IMG/VR virus record: IMGVR_UViG_3300024269_000049
Coordinates: 53,237 to 73,236 of that record
Reading direction: 5' to 3' (one strand)
Source: an uncultured virus (IMG/VR IMGVR_UViG_3300024269_000049)
Taxonomy: Duplodnaviria > Heunggongvirae > Uroviricota > Caudoviricetes
Length of the DNA stretch: 20,000 nt
Shown: positions 8,830 through 16,872 of the stretch, piece after piece
Layout of the letters: each line of letters starts with the position of its first letter
Position numbering within the stretch: the first letter of the stretch is position 1
Notes under the pieces: generated by a model
Told to the model about the DNA's origin: nothing
Databases searched by the model: none
Seen by the model: the letters and a program-made list of their open reading frames with translations, nothing else
Made by a program: the position numbers and the translations under genes

Positions 8830-9591
8830 TTAATTATTATTTTGATCTAGGAGCCATTGAGAGAAAGAACCTTCAACAAAATCATCTTCTTCAACTTCAG
8901 CATTAGGATTTTCTCCTATTATAACACTTATATCTGCACCAAACATATCTTTGTCATCATCTACCCAACTTGTATCATCATCTGGATTTGTTACATCTCC
9001 AAATAATCCTAAACTGTCACCTGCTTTTATATTCTCCATATGTTCTTTAGCTATAGATGTTGCTAATTTATCCATTGCTTCATCTCTCTCAATGTATTCA
9101 AATTCATCTTCTTCAATTTTATCGTTTGGTGAGAATTTAATTATACTTTGAACTTTGTCTACATCTATTGCTAATGATTCTTCTTCATCGTCTAATAAAC
9201 CATTTATGTCAAATACATAATTTTCAACATCTATTTTTTCTTCTGGTTCTTCTACAGGATCATAATAAACTGATGGTTTATAATTTTGTGTTGTTAAATC
9301 TCCTTCACAATCATCTAATATATAATTCTCATCTATTACTATAAGTTCTTCTTGATATTCTTCTCCTGGATATAATTGTATAAATCCTTCACCTAAATCG
9401 TAATCCATATTTTCTTCTTCAGGTTCATCTAAGAATGTTATATCATCTGCCCAAGATAGTTCATCATTCCAACCCCAATCGAATTCATTTTCTTCTACTG
9501 GGTCATCTAGATATTCAATACCTTGTTCATCATATTCAACCTCTGGTGCATTTAAAGCATCATAAATATTTTCCATATAATCTCTACTCAT
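8830..9591 (-). CDS. Highly acidic hypothetical protein
   Basis: 253 aa, very D/E-rich with interspersed aromatics; RBS AGGAGG; early-type motif upstream. Confidence 0.8.
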   Translation of the reverse strand: MSRDYMENIYDALNAPEVEYDEQGIEYLDDPVEENEFDWGWNDELSWADDITFLDEPEEENMDYDLGEGFIQLYPGEEYQEELIVIDENYILDDCEGDLTTQNYKPSVYYDPVEEPEEKIDVENYVFDINGLLDDEEESLAIDVDKVQSIIKFSPNDKIEEDEFEYIERDEAMDKLATSIAKEHMENIKAGDSLGLFGDVTNPDDDTSWVDDDKDMFGADISVIIGENPNAEVEEDDFVEGSFSQWLLDQNNN

Positions 9592-9631
9592 AATTAAAGA
9601 CCTCCTAAATATTTTATTTGTACTTCACCTA

Positions 9632-9664
9632 TATAATATAGTTTTGAAAATCTTATCTTTTACA
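9632..9664 (-). promoter_or_regulatory. Putative early phage promoter
   Basis: TGTAA-AAGATAAGATTT-TCAA-AAC-TATATTATA; overlaps the last codons of folD. Confidence 0.65.
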
Positions 9665-10504
9665 ATAAGCCCAAACTGTATTATACATTAAAGATAATAC
9701 GGTTGCCTTACCTGTACAATTAGTTCTTTGAGAAACAAATTTAACTTTACCTCTTTCTAAAACTTCATCAACATTAAAATCTAATTGTTGTTTTCCATTT
9801 TCATCATATGATAATCCAACACCTATTACAACAGAACCTTCTTTAAACCACTCTGCATCTAATAGATTTTGTTTACCTACACAAGATACAACTATATCTG
9901 CATGTCTAATATACCATTCCAAATCAACTCTACTAGTTCTTGCATTACAAATAGTTACTGTAGCATCCATGTTTCTAAACATTGTTGCCATAGGAGCACC
10001 AGCAGTTTCTCCTTTACCAACTACAACAACATTCTTACCAGGAATAAATACCCCTTCTATAGTTAATAAATTCTTTACACCTAATGGTGTGCAAGGCATC
10101 AATTCTAACTTATTACATTCAAGCATTGCTTTAGAATACCATGTTAATCCATCCACATCTTTATATGGGCATATTTGATTTATTAGATGTTGAGAATCTA
10201 AATGATCGTATACTGGTAATTGTAATATAATACCATCAACCTTTGGATTATTATTTAAATCATCTATTAATGATTCAACCGCTTTATTTGTAGTATGTTC
10301 ATATAATGTTATAATCTCAATATCTATTCCTAACTTATTTCCCATTTTCATTTTATTATTAACATAAATTTGTGAAGCCTTATCATCACTTGCAACTATT
10401 ATAACTAAACTAGGTTTTCTACCTTTATAGTTGTTGTGTATCATCATTTTAATTTGATTTTCCATAAATATTTCTAAAGAATTAGCACTTAATAATTTAC
10501 TCAT
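9653..10504 (-). CDS. folD: Methylenetetrahydrofolate dehydrogenase/cyclohydrolase (divergent)
   Basis: YxxxK (YVNNK), DGIILQLP, KDVDGL, PCTPLG, ADIVVS; 283 aa. Confidence 0.9.
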   Translation of the reverse strand: MSKLLSANSLEIFMENQIKMMIHNNYKGRKPSLVIIVASDDKASQIYVNNKMKMGNKLGIDIEIITLYEHTTNKAVESLIDDLNNNPKVDGIILQLPVYDHLDSQHLINQICPYKDVDGLTWYSKAMLECNKLELMPCTPLGVKNLLTIEGVFIPGKNVVVVGKGETAGAPMATMFRNMDATVTICNARTSRVDLEWYIRHADIVVSCVGKQNLLDAEWFKEGSVVIGVGLSYDENGKQQLDFNVDEVLERGKVKFVSQRTNCTGKATVLSLMYNTVWAYCKR

Positions 10505-10602
10505 TTTTGTTTACCTCCATTTTTATATTTATAATTTTTATTTCGTATATCTTTTGTTCTTTTACATAATTCTCTTATAGCTTCTTTAACTTCTTTTCTC
10601 AT
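10501..10602 (-). CDS. Small basic peptide translationally coupled to folD
   Basis: MRKEVKEAIRELCKRTKDIRNKNYKYKNGGKQK; RBS AGGAG; ATGA overlap with the folD start. Confidence 0.5.
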   Translation of the reverse strand: MRKEVKEAIRELCKRTKDIRNKNYKYKNGGKQK

Positions 10603-10614
10603 GTTATTAATCTC

Positions 10615-12612
10615 CTAGAATTCTATTATATTTGAATATCTATCTGTAGTTGAATCAGTTTGTATAGTTTGAACTCCTAATGATTCTAATATAGATCTCA
10701 TTTTAGTTGTATTATCATTTACTATTTTATCGTAATTTATATAAGGTCTACACCATTCAGGTATAGTTTCTATATTCTTTGGTATTGCTAAAACAGTTAA
10801 TGCTTTCTTTCTAACTTCTTCTAATTTACTTTCAAATATAAATCTTTTTATTCTATTATATATTTCAGGATCAGTTTTCTCTAATTCAGCTATATCTTCT
10901 AATTTATGAATATTAAGATGAACTATATCTACTGTATCTGGAAATTCTATACCCATATCTGGGAATATCATATTCCAAGCATAAGCTCCTCTAAATGATT
11001 GCTCTTGAAATGGCATTTTATAAGCCGCCGCTTCCTTACATTTCTTTGGAGTTAAGAATGTTTTCTCTCCTCTTTCTAATGAAGTTCGCACTGACTCTGC
11101 TAATTCTCTTACACCATTTATTATATTCTTAACTGTTATATCATCTCCAGATTTTTCTAGAAACTCATCGTTCATAAGTTTATTTATAAATTTTCTTGTG
11201 AATTCATTACATTCTGATTTAAGATGATCTAATCCTTTAACATCTGTTTTTTCAAATACTGTTCCTTCTCTTAACATTACTTTTGACATATATCTTTTCT
11301 TTGTATTAGTTAATAACATTTTTCTAAATAAGAACTCTGATTTCATATGAATTCTGTTATGATATTCTTCAGGTACTCCTGAGTTTATTGCAAACTTTTT
11401 AAGATGTCTTCCTATAACTTGAGAAGCTATATATGTTATAGTATTACATATTTTATATATTAGCATCTTTTCCCCTTCAAATGTCATATCTTCTCCATTT
11501 ATTTCATACGTAAAATCTTTACGAGTTATTGATAATATTTTATCATCACATTTTATTATTTCATCAAATACGAAATCAACCCATTCTGCTAAACATATCA
11601 TAGCTGAGTCTGTATCTATTGTAACTATAACATCTCTTTCATCAGTTGTAACCCTACCTATTCTGTTAAATGCAAAATAATCATAATAAACGAACGATTC
11701 CATCCAACTCCATAATAATTCCAAATCAGGTTGAACATCTTTTGGTGGTTTATTAGGATCTAAGAATAAATCAGTTTCGTCTATTATTTTAAATATAAGT
11801 TTCTTAACTTTAGGTAATCTTGCAAATTCATATAAATTATTTTTATAATATAATCTATTTAAGCTATCTTGATCTAAGTTTAATAACATTGAAAATAATG
11901 GATGATTATAATTTTCTTTATAATCAATAAATCTATCTTTTAATCTTTCAAACACTTCATGTGCTCTTTTATCTTCAACTAAGCTCATATCACCATAAAA
12001 CGGTTCATTTATTACATTAGTTATATATTGTGAACAATCATCAAAATCTATAAATTTAACATTATCTGCGAAAAAGTTTTCAAAACAAGTTACTGCTGTT
12101 GATATCATAGATTGACCAGTTGCAGTTGTTGCTACGGCACAATATAAATTATAAAAATATGTTATTGGAGAACCACCTGCACCGTAGTCACTATTCATTA
12201 ATAATTTTTCGTTTAATTGTCCCATATCTTTCATCGCATATTCATAAGTTGATGGATCTAATTTTTTCATTGCAGACTTCATACTATCCCTAGATTTCTT
12301 AAGGTCTATTAAGAAATGTATTGAAGGATTATATTCTTGCTCATGATTTTTATATATCGTTCCATTACCCGCAACTATAAAATTATTATTTTTCACCCAT
12401 TGCATTAATGTTAATGCATCAACTCTTTTAGTTGTATTGATATAGTTATTATCTAAAGTTGTTATCGGTATTCTAATATTATTATCTAATATTGAATATA
12501 AATAATCTTCTAATTCGTCATCTTTAATATCTGGATAATTTAATTTAACTGTAGTTCTAACTGTATTCATCCAATCTTTAATGAAATAATTTTCTTTCAT
12601 CATATTATCCAT
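10615..12612 (-). CDS. Family B DNA polymerase, C-terminal part of a split enzyme
   Basis: Motif B KLLMNSDYG, TATGQ, motif C IDTDS, KKRY, KGL; no motif A (DxxSLYPS) or exonuclease motifs visible. Confidence 0.85.
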   Translation of the reverse strand: MDNMMKENYFIKDWMNTVRTTVKLNYPDIKDDELEDYLYSILDNNIRIPITTLDNNYINTTKRVDALTLMQWVKNNNFIVAGNGTIYKNHEQEYNPSIHFLIDLKKSRDSMKSAMKKLDPSTYEYAMKDMGQLNEKLLMNSDYGAGGSPITYFYNLYCAVATTATGQSMISTAVTCFENFFADNVKFIDFDDCSQYITNVINEPFYGDMSLVEDKRAHEVFERLKDRFIDYKENYNHPLFSMLLNLDQDSLNRLYYKNNLYEFARLPKVKKLIFKIIDETDLFLDPNKPPKDVQPDLELLWSWMESFVYYDYFAFNRIGRVTTDERDVIVTIDTDSAMICLAEWVDFVFDEIIKCDDKILSITRKDFTYEINGEDMTFEGEKMLIYKICNTITYIASQVIGRHLKKFAINSGVPEEYHNRIHMKSEFLFRKMLLTNTKKRYMSKVMLREGTVFEKTDVKGLDHLKSECNEFTRKFINKLMNDEFLEKSGDDITVKNIINGVRELAESVRTSLERGEKTFLTPKKCKEAAAYKMPFQEQSFRGAYAWNMIFPDMGIEFPDTVDIVHLNIHKLEDIAELEKTDPEIYNRIKRFIFESKLEEVRKKALTVLAIPKNIETIPEWCRPYINYDKIVNDNTTKMRSILESLGVQTIQTDSTTDRYSNIIEF

Positions 12613-12642
12613 AAAATTACCTCCTTAATTAAATTAATCATA

Positions 12643-12654
12643 TATAAATTTGTT
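12643..12654 (-). promoter_or_regulatory. Putative late-type promoter AACA-N6-TA
   Basis: AACA-AATTTA-TA, identical to the copy upstream of the chaperonin. Confidence 0.6.
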
Positions 12655-12671
12655 AAATGACAAATGAAAAA

Positions 12672-12699
12672 ATAATAACCTGGAAATCCAGGTTATTAT
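12672..12699 (-). terminator. Intrinsic terminator
   Basis: Inverted repeat ATAATAACCTGGA/TCCAGGTTATTAT with a T-tract on the minus strand. Confidence 0.75.
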
Positions 12700-13607
12700 C
12701 TTATTATAGTTATTATCATATATATAATATAAATTAATATCATAGGTATTCCTATTTTCTTAGTTATCTCTTTCGTTTTATTAGTTAATACTATAAATAA
12801 ACTTGTTACTGTAAATACTACCAATGTATCTATTATAGCAAATATTGATACTGTCATTGGATGTATTACTGAAGCACAACCTATTATTAATAATATATTG
12901 AATATATTACTTCCTATAACATTACCAACTGCTATATCTAATTCACCCTTCTTAGTTGCCATAACTGATGTTACTAATTCTGGTAATGATGTTCCAACTG
13001 CAACTACTGTTAATCCAACTAAGTTTTCACTCATACCTAATTGAGTTGCTATTGCACTTGCAGCAGTTACAACTAAATCTCCACCCCATACTATTGCAGC
13101 TAATCCTATTATACCTAATACTATAGTTAAACTTAATGGCTTTTGTTTTATTTCATCCATTTCTTCATTATTGTTTTTAGCTTGTTGAATCATACTAAAT
13201 ATAAACCAAGCAAATATTGATAATAATATTAATCCTTCTATTAAACTTAATGTACCATTTAATGTAAATAATGCTAATATTAAGCTACAACATAATAATA
13301 CTATAACATCTTTATAATTAGTTATTTTAAGTTTACCTAATAATGAGGATACACCTAATACAACTAATAGGTTAAATAAATTTGAACCAACCACATTAGC
13401 GATACTCATATCATTCATTCCAGATAAAGATGAATTTATACTAACTGATAATTCTGGTGCACTTGTACCCATTGCTACAATTGTCATACCTATAATTATA
13501 GATGGTATACCAAATTTCTTAGCTATACTTGAAGCACTATCAACAAATGTGTCAGCTCCTTTTATTAACATTACAAATCCAGCAATTAATATTATTATAT
13601 TTAACAT
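12696..13607 (-). CDS. Ca2+/Na+ antiporter (CaCA family, YrbG-like)
   Basis: Two alpha-repeats GTSAPE...GSNLFN and GTSLPE...GSNIFN; about 10 hydrophobic segments. Confidence 0.93.
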   Translation of the reverse strand: MLNIIILIAGFVMLIKGADTFVDSASSIAKKFGIPSIIIGMTIVAMGTSAPELSVSINSSLSGMNDMSIANVVGSNLFNLLVVLGVSSLLGKLKITNYKDVIVLLCCSLILALFTLNGTLSLIEGLILLSIFAWFIFSMIQQAKNNNEEMDEIKQKPLSLTIVLGIIGLAAIVWGGDLVVTAASAIATQLGMSENLVGLTVVAVGTSLPELVTSVMATKKGELDIAVGNVIGSNIFNILLIIGCASVIHPMTVSIFAIIDTLVVFTVTSLFIVLTNKTKEITKKIGIPMILIYIIYMIITIIR

Positions 13608-13640
13608 ATTCCGTACCCCCTAATTATTTTTTATTTTTTC

Positions 13641-13674
13641 AGAAGAATAGATACCAAATGGTATCTATTCTTCT
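13641..13674. repeat. 16-bp inverted repeat over a stop codon
   Basis: AGAAGAATAGATACCA-AA-TGGTATCTATTCTTCT; followed by an A-tract, not a T-tract, on the coding strand. Confidence 0.7.
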
Positions 13675-13883
13675 TCTATCATTCTTATTCTCATTTTATT
13701 TATTCTTATTGTGTAGAAACATTTTCTTTCATCTTCTGTCAATTCTCTTATATCTTCAAATGTGTTTTCATCTACTACAAATCCATCTAAAATCATTTGA
13801 TCAGGACCTAATCTTGCAGCTAGATACTCTTCACATTTTTCTATATCATTTTCCAACAATTGTTTTAAAATATCTTTTCTCAT
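13665..13883 (-). CDS. Hypothetical protein
   Basis: 72 aa, RBS AGGAGGT. Confidence 0.7.
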   Translation of the reverse strand: MRKDILKQLLENDIEKCEEYLAARLGPDQMILDGFVVDENTFEDIRELTEDERKCFYTIRINKMRIRMIEEE

Positions 13884-13894
13884 ATAATTACCTC

Positions 13895-14095
13895 CTAATC
13901 ACATAATAATTTTTCTAATTCGTCTAATTTATCATATGCTTCATTTTCTGTTTTATACTTAAGCCAAATATAATCTTTTTCTTTGTTATCATTCATAAAA
14001 TTTATTTGTAATATCCAAGTTGAATCTGGTGATTGTTTTACAAAGGCGTAACCAACATATTTCTTTCTTATCAATACTCCTTCAAACCTTATCAT
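13895..14095 (-). CDS. Hypothetical protein
   Basis: 66 aa, RBS AGGGGT. Confidence 0.7.
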   Translation of the reverse strand: MIRFEGVLIRKKYVGYAFVKQSPDSTWILQINFMNDNKEKDYIWLKYKTENEAYDKLDELEKLLCD

Positions 14096-14106
14096 ATATT
14101 CAACCC

Positions 14107-14268
14107 CTATCTCATATATTTTCTAAATTTAGGATCTTTTAATAATTCTTCAAAATCTTTTTGTTCCCAACCTTCTACTTTTCTACCTGTCATTTTTATT
14201 ATTGCCCAAACTTTAATTGCCATTTCATAACCAACTAATATTGATAAAATTGCTATTGCTTTTCCCAT
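14107..14268 (-). CDS. Small protein with hydrophobic N-terminus
   Basis: Manual translation MGKAIAILSILVGYEMAIKVWAIIKMTGRKVEGWEQKDFEELLKDPKFRKYMR; purine-rich RBS. Confidence 0.6.
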   Translation of the reverse strand: MGKAIAILSILVGYEMAIKVWAIIKMTGRKVEGWEQKDFEELLKDPKFRKYMR

Positions 14269-14299
14269 AATATCATCCCATCCTTTTTAAATTATTTTA

Positions 14300-14677
14300 T
14301 TAAGCTTCATATTTATCTATAATTTTTGTAACATCATTTATTACCATTTGTTCACTTAAACTTTCTAAATAACCTTCTAGAAATTCTGTATCACATTCAG
14401 GTAATACATCTCTTACATATATATGAAAAGCTGTATTTATAATTAATTGATTGCATACTTCTTGATATTGTTTTGTCTCTAGGAACATATTAAGTTTATC
14501 TTCTAGAGCTAATATTGTATCAGTATCTTCTTTCATTTGTTGTATTATAACTTCTAATTCTTCTGGTTGATCTTTTAATGCTTTAGTTATAAAATTTAAA
14601 TTATCTTCTATAGTATCTACAAAATCAGATACTATATTCATAGTTTCATAATAATCTAAATTATATTTATTATTCAC
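14300..14677 (-). CDS. Hypothetical helical protein
   Basis: 125 aa, GTG start with RBS AGGAGG. Confidence 0.7.
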   Translation of the reverse strand: MNNKYNLDYYETMNIVSDFVDTIEDNLNFITKALKDQPEELEVIIQQMKEDTDTILALEDKLNMFLETKQYQEVCNQLIINTAFHIYVRDVLPECDTEFLEGYLESLSEQMVINDVTKIIDKYEA

Positions 14678-14688
14678 AATATTTCCTC

Positions 14689-14871
14689 CTAGTTATTTTT
14701 TAATATATTTTTTAATTCTACTGCTTTATAACCTATTGCAACAAGACCTGCTCCAATTAATAATATTTTCATAAGCATATCTGTTATAACTATCCAACCT
14801 GTGAATGAAAAAATTGCTAATATTAATATATCTATTATAACTTCAAATATTAATTGTTTTTTACTTTTCAT
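14689..14871 (-). CDS. Small two-TM membrane protein
   Basis: 60 aa, two hydrophobic segments, RBS AGGAG. Confidence 0.65.
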   Translation of the reverse strand: MKSKKQLIFEVIIDILILAIFSFTGWIVITDMLMKILLIGAGLVAIGYKAVELKNILKNN

Positions 14872-14910
14872 ATATATCAGCTCCTAAATATTTTTATTGT
14901 ATTCCACATA

Positions 14911-14943
14911 TATAATATAGTATTGAAATATTACCTTCTTACA
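14911..14943 (-). promoter_or_regulatory. Putative early phage promoter
   Basis: TGTAA-GAAGGTAATATT-TCAA-TAC-TATATTATA. Confidence 0.65.
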
Positions 14944-15072
14944 TACTTGTATGTTCCCTTATAAATTTTCAGCAGTAAGTGGTAGTAGCTGCACCGCACG
15001 CAGCTACTACCTATTTTATAAAAATAAGGGGTAATTTATATGAAAAAATATTTAAGGATAATCATAATCCTT
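14941..15072 (-). ncRNA. Candidate structured non-coding RNA
   Basis: GC-rich 12-bp stem 14981-14992/15000-15011 inside outer stem 14956-14962/15024-15030; AACA-N6-TA motif at 15072-15083 points into it; no credible minus-strand ORF. Confidence 0.35.
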
Positions 15073-15083
15073 ACTAATTTGTT
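15072..15083 (-). promoter_or_regulatory. Putative late promoter AACA-N6-TA
   Basis: AACA-AATTAG-TA, intergenic. Confidence 0.45.
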
Positions 15084-15158
15084 TATATAATTATTTTTTA
15101 TAAATAAAATATTTTTCTATTAATTCATATAAATAAAACCCTAAAAAAATAATGGTTT

Positions 15159-15185
15159 CCATAGCTATAATTAATATAGCTATGG
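15159..15185. repeat. 11-bp inverted repeat, possible terminator of the yyaC-like gene
   Basis: CCATAGCTATA-ATTAA-TATAGCTATGG. Confidence 0.55.
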
Positions 15186-15209
15186 TCATACCAATTCTTA
15201 ATATTAATA

Positions 15210-15764
15210 TCATATTACTGGTACTAAACAAACTTCATGATAAATTTCTGCTATTAGGTCTGTTAACTTATCAGCATATACTTGTATTAATTTTCTATCA
15301 GCTGGATCACATCTTTTACCAACGAAACTTCCTAATCCGTACATATTATAGAACGCTACTGTATCTCTTAATTCCATTCCTGTTAACGTATACATTACTA
15401 TTGAATTCTCTCCTACAACTGGAAAGAAATGTCCAACAGCTGATCCTGGTCTTACTCCCTTACCCCTAATTTCAATACCATTTAATTTTTCTTCGCTTCT
15501 TGTAACACATGCATCTATTGAAATTATGTCTTCATTGTCTATTTTATCTTTTTCATATATTTGATTTAGCATATATTCCATTGTAGCAGCATTTATCATA
15601 TCTTTTTTAGTTCCATAACATGGAACTCCTTTCTTTTGTAATAGAGTTCCACATAATGGACCGAATGAATCAAATACTGCATTTTTAGATCCTATACAAA
15701 CAAATACTGTTTTAGGTGTTATCATACTTTTTAATTCTTCTCTCATTAATTCATAATTATTCAT
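15210..15764 (-). CDS. yyaC: Spore protease YyaC-like (DUF1256)
   Basis: VCIGS....DSFGPLCG, IISIDAC, VRPGSAVG correspond to YyaC CIGTD..GDSLGPLVG, IAIDAC, PGAGV. Confidence 0.8.
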   Translation of the reverse strand: MNNYELMREELKSMITPKTVFVCIGSKNAVFDSFGPLCGTLLQKKGVPCYGTKKDMINAATMEYMLNQIYEKDKIDNEDIISIDACVTRSEEKLNGIEIRGKGVRPGSAVGHFFPVVGENSIVMYTLTGMELRDTVAFYNMYGLGSFVGKRCDPADRKLIQVYADKLTDLIAEIYHEVCLVPVI

Positions 15765-15801
15765 ATAATAGCATCCCCTTTTTTTATTTATTATTTTCTT
15801 T

Positions 15802-15831
15802 AAAAAAGAAGCGAAGATTATTCTTCGCTTC
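15802..15831 (-). terminator. Intrinsic terminator with the stop codon in the loop
   Basis: GAAGCGAAGA/TCTTCGCTTC followed by T6. Confidence 0.8.
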
Positions 15832-15982
15832 CTTCTTTATTATCGTCTTCTTCTAATGAAGGACAATATTCTTGATAAGTTTTTATTTGATGTTGTAAAT
15901 CAAAGAATAACCATGTATATCCAACACCTAATGCTAATACACCTAATACTATTATTAAAGCTTCATATATTGTTAATGTCAT
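15818..15982 (-). CDS. Single-TM small protein with acidic tail
   Basis: MTLTIYEALIIVLGVLALGVGYTWLFFDLQHQIKTYQEYCPSLEEDDNKEGSEE; RBS GGGGGT. Confidence 0.6.
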   Translation of the reverse strand: MTLTIYEALIIVLGVLALGVGYTWLFFDLQHQIKTYQEYCPSLEEDDNKEGSEE

Positions 15983-15994
15983 ATTTATTACCCC

Positions 15995-16165
15995 CTATAT
16001 TAAATTATTATATATTTCTTCACATTCTGAATACATTTTAAATTCTTTAGTTCTATAGAATATTAACATTTGTATTGCATCTATTACATATGTGTTTGGT
16101 ATATTATTATTTTTCATAATTAAACTTTTTATTTCTACTATTAAATTAGGATTTAGATTTTTCAT
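15995..16165 (-). CDS. Hypothetical protein (56 aa)
   Basis: Manual ORF MKNLNPNLIVEIKSLIMK...; RBS GAGGAG. Confidence 0.55.
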   Translation of the reverse strand: MKNLNPNLIVEIKSLIMKNNNIPNTYVIDAIQMLIFYRTKEFKMYSECEEIYNNLI

Positions 16166-16180
16166 ATTATTTATCTCCTC

Positions 16181-16252
16181 TCATTTTATATTTGGTAGGA
16201 TCATATATTTTATATCTAATATCATTATTATTATTAATATAATTATTGCCAT
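16181..16252 (-). CDS. Hydrophobic micropeptide (23 aa)
   Basis: MAIIILIIIMILDIKYMILPNIK; RBS AGGAGG. Confidence 0.4.
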   Translation of the reverse strand: MAIIILIIIMILDIKYMILPNIK

Positions 16253-16263
16253 ATCATTGCCTC

Positions 16264-16476
16264 CTAATCAGCATAATAATCGTATGGTTCTCCTGTATCA
16301 TTTTCAAAATCCCCATACATTAAACATATACCTATACCATCCATTGCTAATCCTATATCTGTAAGGATTTCTTCTTTTTCATCACCTTCATCCATTGTTT
16401 CATAAACTTCTTGCCATTTTTCTTCTAATATTTTTAGATCACTTAATAATTCTGATAATTTTCTTTCCATACTCAT
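16264..16476 (-). CDS. Acidic hypothetical protein
   Basis: 70 aa, RBS AGGAGGT. Confidence 0.7.
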   Translation of the reverse strand: MSMERKLSELLSDLKILEEKWQEVYETMDEGDEKEEILTDIGLAMDGIGICLMYGDFENDTGEPYDYYAD

Positions 16477-16483
16477 TTACCTC

Positions 16484-16798
16484 CTAATTGTTTTCGTAAT
16501 ATACATCTATTTTATAATCTTCATTTGCAAATATTTTATTTATTAAGTTTATTGTATATTCTACACCTTGTTTAAATATATCAGCATTTCTAAATGTATC
16601 ATCTATATAAGGAACTATAATATGCACACATTTTCGTATGTTTGCTATTTCAATTCCAAGCCCTGATGGATAATCATCTTCATCATAAATAAATAATTCT
16701 TCATTATTATAATACAATTTATAATAATCATCATTATAATATGGTTCTTTTTCATATATTGAATCTTCTATTGTAAAATCATAAACTAAGTTAAACAT
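16484..16798 (-). CDS. Hypothetical protein
   Basis: 104 aa, RBS AAGGAG. Confidence 0.7.
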   Translation of the reverse strand: MFNLVYDFTIEDSIYEKEPYYNDDYYKLYYNNEELFIYDEDDYPSGLGIEIANIRKCVHIIVPYIDDTFRNADIFKQGVEYTINLINKIFANEDYKIDVYYENN

Positions 16799-16838
16799 AA
16801 ATCATTTCTCCTTTATTTTTTTTATTTTTTTTTGGAAC

Positions 16839-16872
16839 ATATAAACTGCAGATTAATATCTGCAGTTTATAT
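16839..16872. repeat. 15-bp inverted repeat over a stop codon
   Basis: ATATAAACTGCAGAT-TAAT-ATCTGCAGTTTATAT. Confidence 0.75.

Noticed and set aside
10615..12612. Intein, intron or pseudogene explanation for the odd polymerase
   Set aside because: The frame is intact with a good RBS and promoter motif; no intein C...HN-C/S/T junctions or LAGLIDADG motifs seen; split PolB is known in this phage group
14975..15015. tRNA, SRP RNA or known riboswitch at the GC-rich hairpin
   Set aside because: No cloverleaf or TTCGA, no SRP GNRA-loop domain, and no riboswitch consensus recognised
15091..15213. 40-aa hydrophobic ORF overlapping the yyaC stop (ATGA)
   Set aside because: No clear RBS and it spans a probable terminator hairpin; possible but unsupported
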